DNA of 64,000 bases, from contig CAXXFV010000004.1 of the NCBI GenBank assembly GCA_963674595.2, positions 320,001 through 384,000 of the forward strand. The letters are read 5' to 3'. The stretch is from a bacterium. GTDB taxonomy: Bacteria > Zhuqueibacterota > Zhuqueibacteria > Residuimicrobiales > Krinioviventaceae. Below, in pieces: positions 61,001-64,000 of this stretch. Made by a program: the position numbers and the translations under genes. Position 1 is the first letter of the stretch, and every line of letters starts with the position of its first letter. Below the pieces are notes generated by a model. It made no database searches. It was not told the origin of the DNA and worked only from the letters and a program-made list of their open reading frames with translations.

Positions 61001-61384
61001 ATGAAAAACTCTGAACGGATGGGTGATTTAAATACTATATTGGGTAAGGGTTCGAGTTTTGAAGGAACTCTTGTCGTTGATCATAGTCTTCGTATCGACG
61101 GAAGTCTAAAAGGTAAAATAAAAGCATCTGATACCTTGGTCGTTGGTAAAGAAGGTCAAGTTGATGGTACTGTTACAGTAAAAAATCTGACTGTTGGCGG
61201 AAAAATGAAAGGAAATATCACCGTCATAGGTAAAACCGTACTAGAAAGCAAGGCCGAATTTGCAGGCGAGTTAAAAACATCAAAATTAGTTATTGATGAA
61301 GGTGCCATGTTTGACGGATCCTGCTCGATGTCAAATGTAAATACCGGTTCTGTTGAACAGAATAATAGTAATAAAGTTAACTAA
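61001..61384 (+). CDS. Bactofilin (polymer-forming cytoskeletal protein)
   Basis: TILGKGSSFEGTL, LRIDG, V.G repeats, LVIDEGA.FDG.C.M. Confidence 0.92.
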   Translation: MKNSERMGDLNTILGKGSSFEGTLVVDHSLRIDGSLKGKIKASDTLVVGKEGQVDGTVTVKNLTVGGKMKGNITVIGKTVLESKAEFAGELKTSKLVIDEGAMFDGSCSMSNVNTGSVEQNNSNKVN

Positions 61385-61432
61385 ACTTGCAGGTTTAAGG
61401 TAGAAAAAAGTAAAAGAAAAGACCTTGGCAAT

Positions 61433-61633
61433 TTGGATTTGGGATTGCAGTTTGCAGTCGCAATTGCTATAGGATTTTTTGGCGGATATTATATTGACGG
61501 CAAAATTGGCACTTTGCCTGTATTTGTTATTATTGGTTTGATTATTGGTAGCGTAGCCGGTTTTTTAAATATTTATCGTGCCGTATACTCTGACAAGGAC
61601 AAAAACAAATCTAGTAATGAGTCAAAAACTTGA
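61433..61633 (+). CDS. AtpZ/AtpI-family protein
   Basis: LGLQFAVAI..G..GGYYID..GT.P..IIGL..G..AGF; start uncertain (TTG). Confidence 0.8.
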   Translation: MDLGLQFAVAIAIGFFGGYYIDGKIGTLPVFVIIGLIIGSVAGFLNIYRAVYSDKDKNKSSNESKT

Positions 61634-62003
61634 ATCGTTGAAAATGTTTTTATTACTGACATTTATTGCTTATATTGTCGGTGGTAGTATTGTTTATATT
61701 TTTTTGAGCAAAGGCTATTTTATAGCCGTTTCAATTGGATATTTTTTAAGTGTTGTAAATATTATAAGCGGCTATTTGTCTATTAAATGGGCCTTTCGTC
61801 GTGATAACAAAACATTTTATCTAACGGTCTTTGGCGGTTTAGGAATAAGGCTGTTATTATTTGTTTTTGCACTTTTTTTTATGTTTTATTTTTCAACATT
61901 ACCAATTTTAGGATTTGTTTTATCCTTTATAATTTTTTATATTTTGATGCAATTTAATGAAATTCGGTTAATAAATCAGGAATTAAAGTCTGTAAAGAAA
62001 TAG
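61617..62003 (+). CDS. ATP synthase protein I-like membrane protein
   Basis: Four TM helices, GGLGIRLL, located just before atpB. Confidence 0.7.
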   Translation: MSQKLESLKMFLLLTFIAYIVGGSIVYIFLSKGYFIAVSIGYFLSVVNIISGYLSIKWAFRRDNKTFYLTVFGGLGIRLLLFVFALFFMFYFSTLPILGFVLSFIIFYILMQFNEIRLINQELKSVKK

Positions 62004-62009
62004 AAAACA

Positions 62010-62849
62010 ATGGTTGAACAAGTTACAGAAAAAGTTATGGAACATCATGAGGTAGCACAACACGCCGCTGATGCGGCACAACATGCTGCTGAACATGGTG
62101 GAGGTGGTGCAGATTTTATCATGCATCATATATTAGCTCAGCCGGTTATCAAATTACCTACGGTTTTTGGAATCGATTTAACAATCACCAATCATGTTAT
62201 TATGATGTGGATCGTTTCAGTGATTTTGATAACAGCTTTTATTGCAGCTTTCCGTAAAAAGCAAGCTGTGCCGCGTGGTCTTGCAAACGCATTGGAATCA
62301 CTTGTTGCGTATATTCGGGACGACGTAATTGTACCAAATGTCGGTCACGCAGGAATGGGATATGCGCCTTATCTGCTTACGGCATTCTTTTTTGTTTTAT
62401 TGTGTAATCTTTTAGGGCTTGTACCCTATGGTTCAACAGCAACCGGAAATATTGGTGTAACAGCTACCCTGGCGCTTTTAACTTTGTTTATAGGTCAAAT
62501 TGCCGGAATTAAAAAGCACGGAGTCCTTGGTTATTTTAAACATTTTATTCCGGGTGGCTTGCCGATATTTATTATACCGATTATGATTCCGGTAGAAATT
62601 GTAAGTTTAATGGCAAAACATATTGCACTGGCTATTCGTTTGTTTGCCAATATGATTGCCGGCCATATTACAATTTTGGCTATTATGAGCCTTATCTTTA
62701 TTTTTAAAAGTTTTGCCGTTGCACCGGCGCCATTGGCAATTATTATATTTTGTGCCTTATTGGAAGTTTTGATTGCCTTGATTCAGGCCTATGTGTTTAC
62801 CATTCTATCGGCCGTTTTTATTGGTGCATCGTTAGCAGAAGAACATTAA
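62010..62849 (+). CDS. atpB: F0F1 ATP synthase subunit a
   Basis: NLLGLVP, ATGNI.VT, LAIRLFANMIAGH, LIQAYVFT.LS. Confidence 0.96.
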   Translation: MVEQVTEKVMEHHEVAQHAADAAQHAAEHGGGGADFIMHHILAQPVIKLPTVFGIDLTITNHVIMMWIVSVILITAFIAAFRKKQAVPRGLANALESLVAYIRDDVIVPNVGHAGMGYAPYLLTAFFFVLLCNLLGLVPYGSTATGNIGVTATLALLTLFIGQIAGIKKHGVLGYFKHFIPGGLPIFIIPIMIPVEIVSLMAKHIALAIRLFANMIAGHITILAIMSLIFIFKSFAVAPAPLAIIIFCALLEVLIALIQAYVFTILSAVFIGASLAEEH

Positions 62850-62908
62850 TAATATTTTAATAGTAGAAAATAACTCAATACATTAGCTTTTTTTCACAAG
62901 GAGGTAAA

Positions 62909-63136
62909 ATGGACTCTCAAGCATTAGCATATTTGGCAGCAGGTATTGGAGCTGCTGGTGTAACATTTGGTGCTGCATTTGGTATTAGTAATTTGGCAAG
63001 TACAGCCATGCAAGGAATCGCCAGACAACCTGAAGCTGCTGGTGAAATTCGTGGTGCAATGATCATTACAGCCGCTATGATCGAAGGTGTTGCATTGTTG
63101 TCTGCGGCTATTTGCTTTTTATTAAGTGTAAAGTAA
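62909..63136 (+). CDS. atpE: F0F1 ATP synthase subunit c (H+-type)
   Basis: ARQPE loop, MIEGVAL carboxylate; lacks the Na+-binding Q..ES/T signature. Confidence 0.96.
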   Translation: MDSQALAYLAAGIGAAGVTFGAAFGISNLASTAMQGIARQPEAAGEIRGAMIITAAMIEGVALLSAAICFLLSVK

Positions 63137-63157
63137 TATTTAACTGATTGTGTTACT

Positions 63158-63652
63158 ATGGAACTAATGACTCCTGAAGGCGGAACCATATTTTGGACTG
63201 CCATAACATTTCTTATTTTAATGTTTATTCTGGCAAAATTTGCCTGGAAACCGATTCTGCAAACACTTGATGAACGTGAAAAACGTATCAAAGAGTCGCT
63301 TGATGAAGCTGAAAAGGCAAGAATTGAATCAGAAAAAACATTAGAAAAACAAGCAGAGATCATTGAAGCAGCCAAAAAGGATGCTCAGGAGATCAATGCT
63401 AAAACTCGAAAAGCTGCTGAAGACGCAAAAGAAGAAATTGTAGCAAATGCTCAAAAAGAAGCTGAAGCAATAATTTCAAAGGCTAAAAAAGATATTGAGC
63501 TGAGCCGGGACAAGGCCATGCAGGATATACGTGATTTAGCTGTCGAGCTTTCAATGGCAGCAACTCAAAAATTAATAGGAAAATCTCTTGATAAAAATGA
63601 GCATCAGTCTCTCATTCAAGATTCTCTTAAAAAATTGGGTGAAATGAATTGA
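63158..63652 (+). CDS. atpF: F0F1 ATP synthase subunit b
   Basis: FWT..TFLIL..LAKFAWKPI..LDERE..I, followed by coiled coil. Confidence 0.95.
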   Translation: MELMTPEGGTIFWTAITFLILMFILAKFAWKPILQTLDEREKRIKESLDEAEKARIESEKTLEKQAEIIEAAKKDAQEINAKTRKAAEDAKEEIVANAQKEAEAIISKAKKDIELSRDKAMQDIRDLAVELSMAATQKLIGKSLDKNEHQSLIQDSLKKLGEMN

Positions 63653-64000
63653 AAACACATCCATTAGCAAAAAGATACGCACGTGCTCTTTTTGACCTTG
63701 CTGATCAACAAAATATTTTAGACCAGGTCAAAGAAGAAGTTCAGTCTTTTCGCAAATTGTTGGATAGTGAAAAACGATTGCGTGTATTTTTATTAACACC
63801 AGAGATCTCACGGCAACAAAAGTCGGACGTTGTAAAGGAACTGTTTAAAAACAAAGTTTCGGGTGTTTATCTTAACTTTTTATTATTGTTGGTTCGTAAA
63901 GGTCGCCAGAATTTTTATTCAGAGATTGATTATGAATTCAACAACCTATATGATAAAAAACTTAACAGATTACGTGCAACGGTTACCACTGTCCTGCCGT
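63649..64000 (+). CDS. atpH: F0F1 ATP synthase subunit delta (partial, runs off the window)
   Basis: TTG start overlapping the atpF stop; MKTHPLAKRYARALF..FLLTP..NFLLLLVRKGR; not in the ORF track because no stop lies in the window. Confidence 0.9.
   Translation, partial: MKTHPLAKRYARALFDLADQQNILDQVKEEVQSFRKLLDSEKRLRVFLLTPEISRQQKSDVVKELFKNKVSGVYLNFLLLLVRKGRQNFYSEIDYEFNNLYDKKLNRLRATVTTVLP

Noticed and set aside
61385-61432. Open in-frame stretch between the bactofilin TAA and atpZ (possible read-through fusion or non-canonical start)
   Set aside because: Only 16 codons, and there is no recoding signal after the TAA. More likely chance or an uncertain atpZ start.
62909-63136. Possible Na+-translocating ATP synthase
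   Set aside because: Subunit c has IEGV and lacks the Q..ES/T Na+ signature

Overview
A gene-dense, AT-rich stretch of bacterial chromosome. I see no rRNA, tRNA, CRISPR array or mobile element. The gene content suggests a Gram-negative FCB-superphylum organism such as KSB1 or Calditrichota; this is an inference from the GWxTD protein, FlgD/T9SS-type C-terminal domains, DUF6786 and the parAB-M23-bactofilin-atp order. Contents in order: lipoproteins; a ParB-like / SplB-like radical SAM / dGTPase operon divergent from ssb; an ECF sigma fused in an operon with photolyase; an RRM protein; smc-GWxTD; a degenerate GH2 membrane protein; GH28, Gfo/Idh/MocA, AraC-GyrI, nfo, UroD-like and patatin-POTRA genes; a nucleoside salvage operon with GH20; multiheme cytochromes; an orphan capB; tamAB; glgP; a three-gene cohesin/dockerin cluster; M48, ligA, ilvA-like and proline dehydrogenase; parAB; and the start of the F-type ATP synthase operon. 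The best candidates for novelty are three. (1) A non-catalytic cohesin-dockerin surface assembly operon (49368-53455) behind a consensus sigma-54 promoter and a structured leader. (2) An AraC-GyrI gene that appears to carry its own internal operator, promoter and RBS for a stand-alone GyrI isoform. (3) The translationally coupled ParB-like + SplB-like + dGTPase unit. Three single-base indels between 5.4 and 7.5 kb may be sequencing errors. All calls come from reading motifs by eye; no database searches were run.
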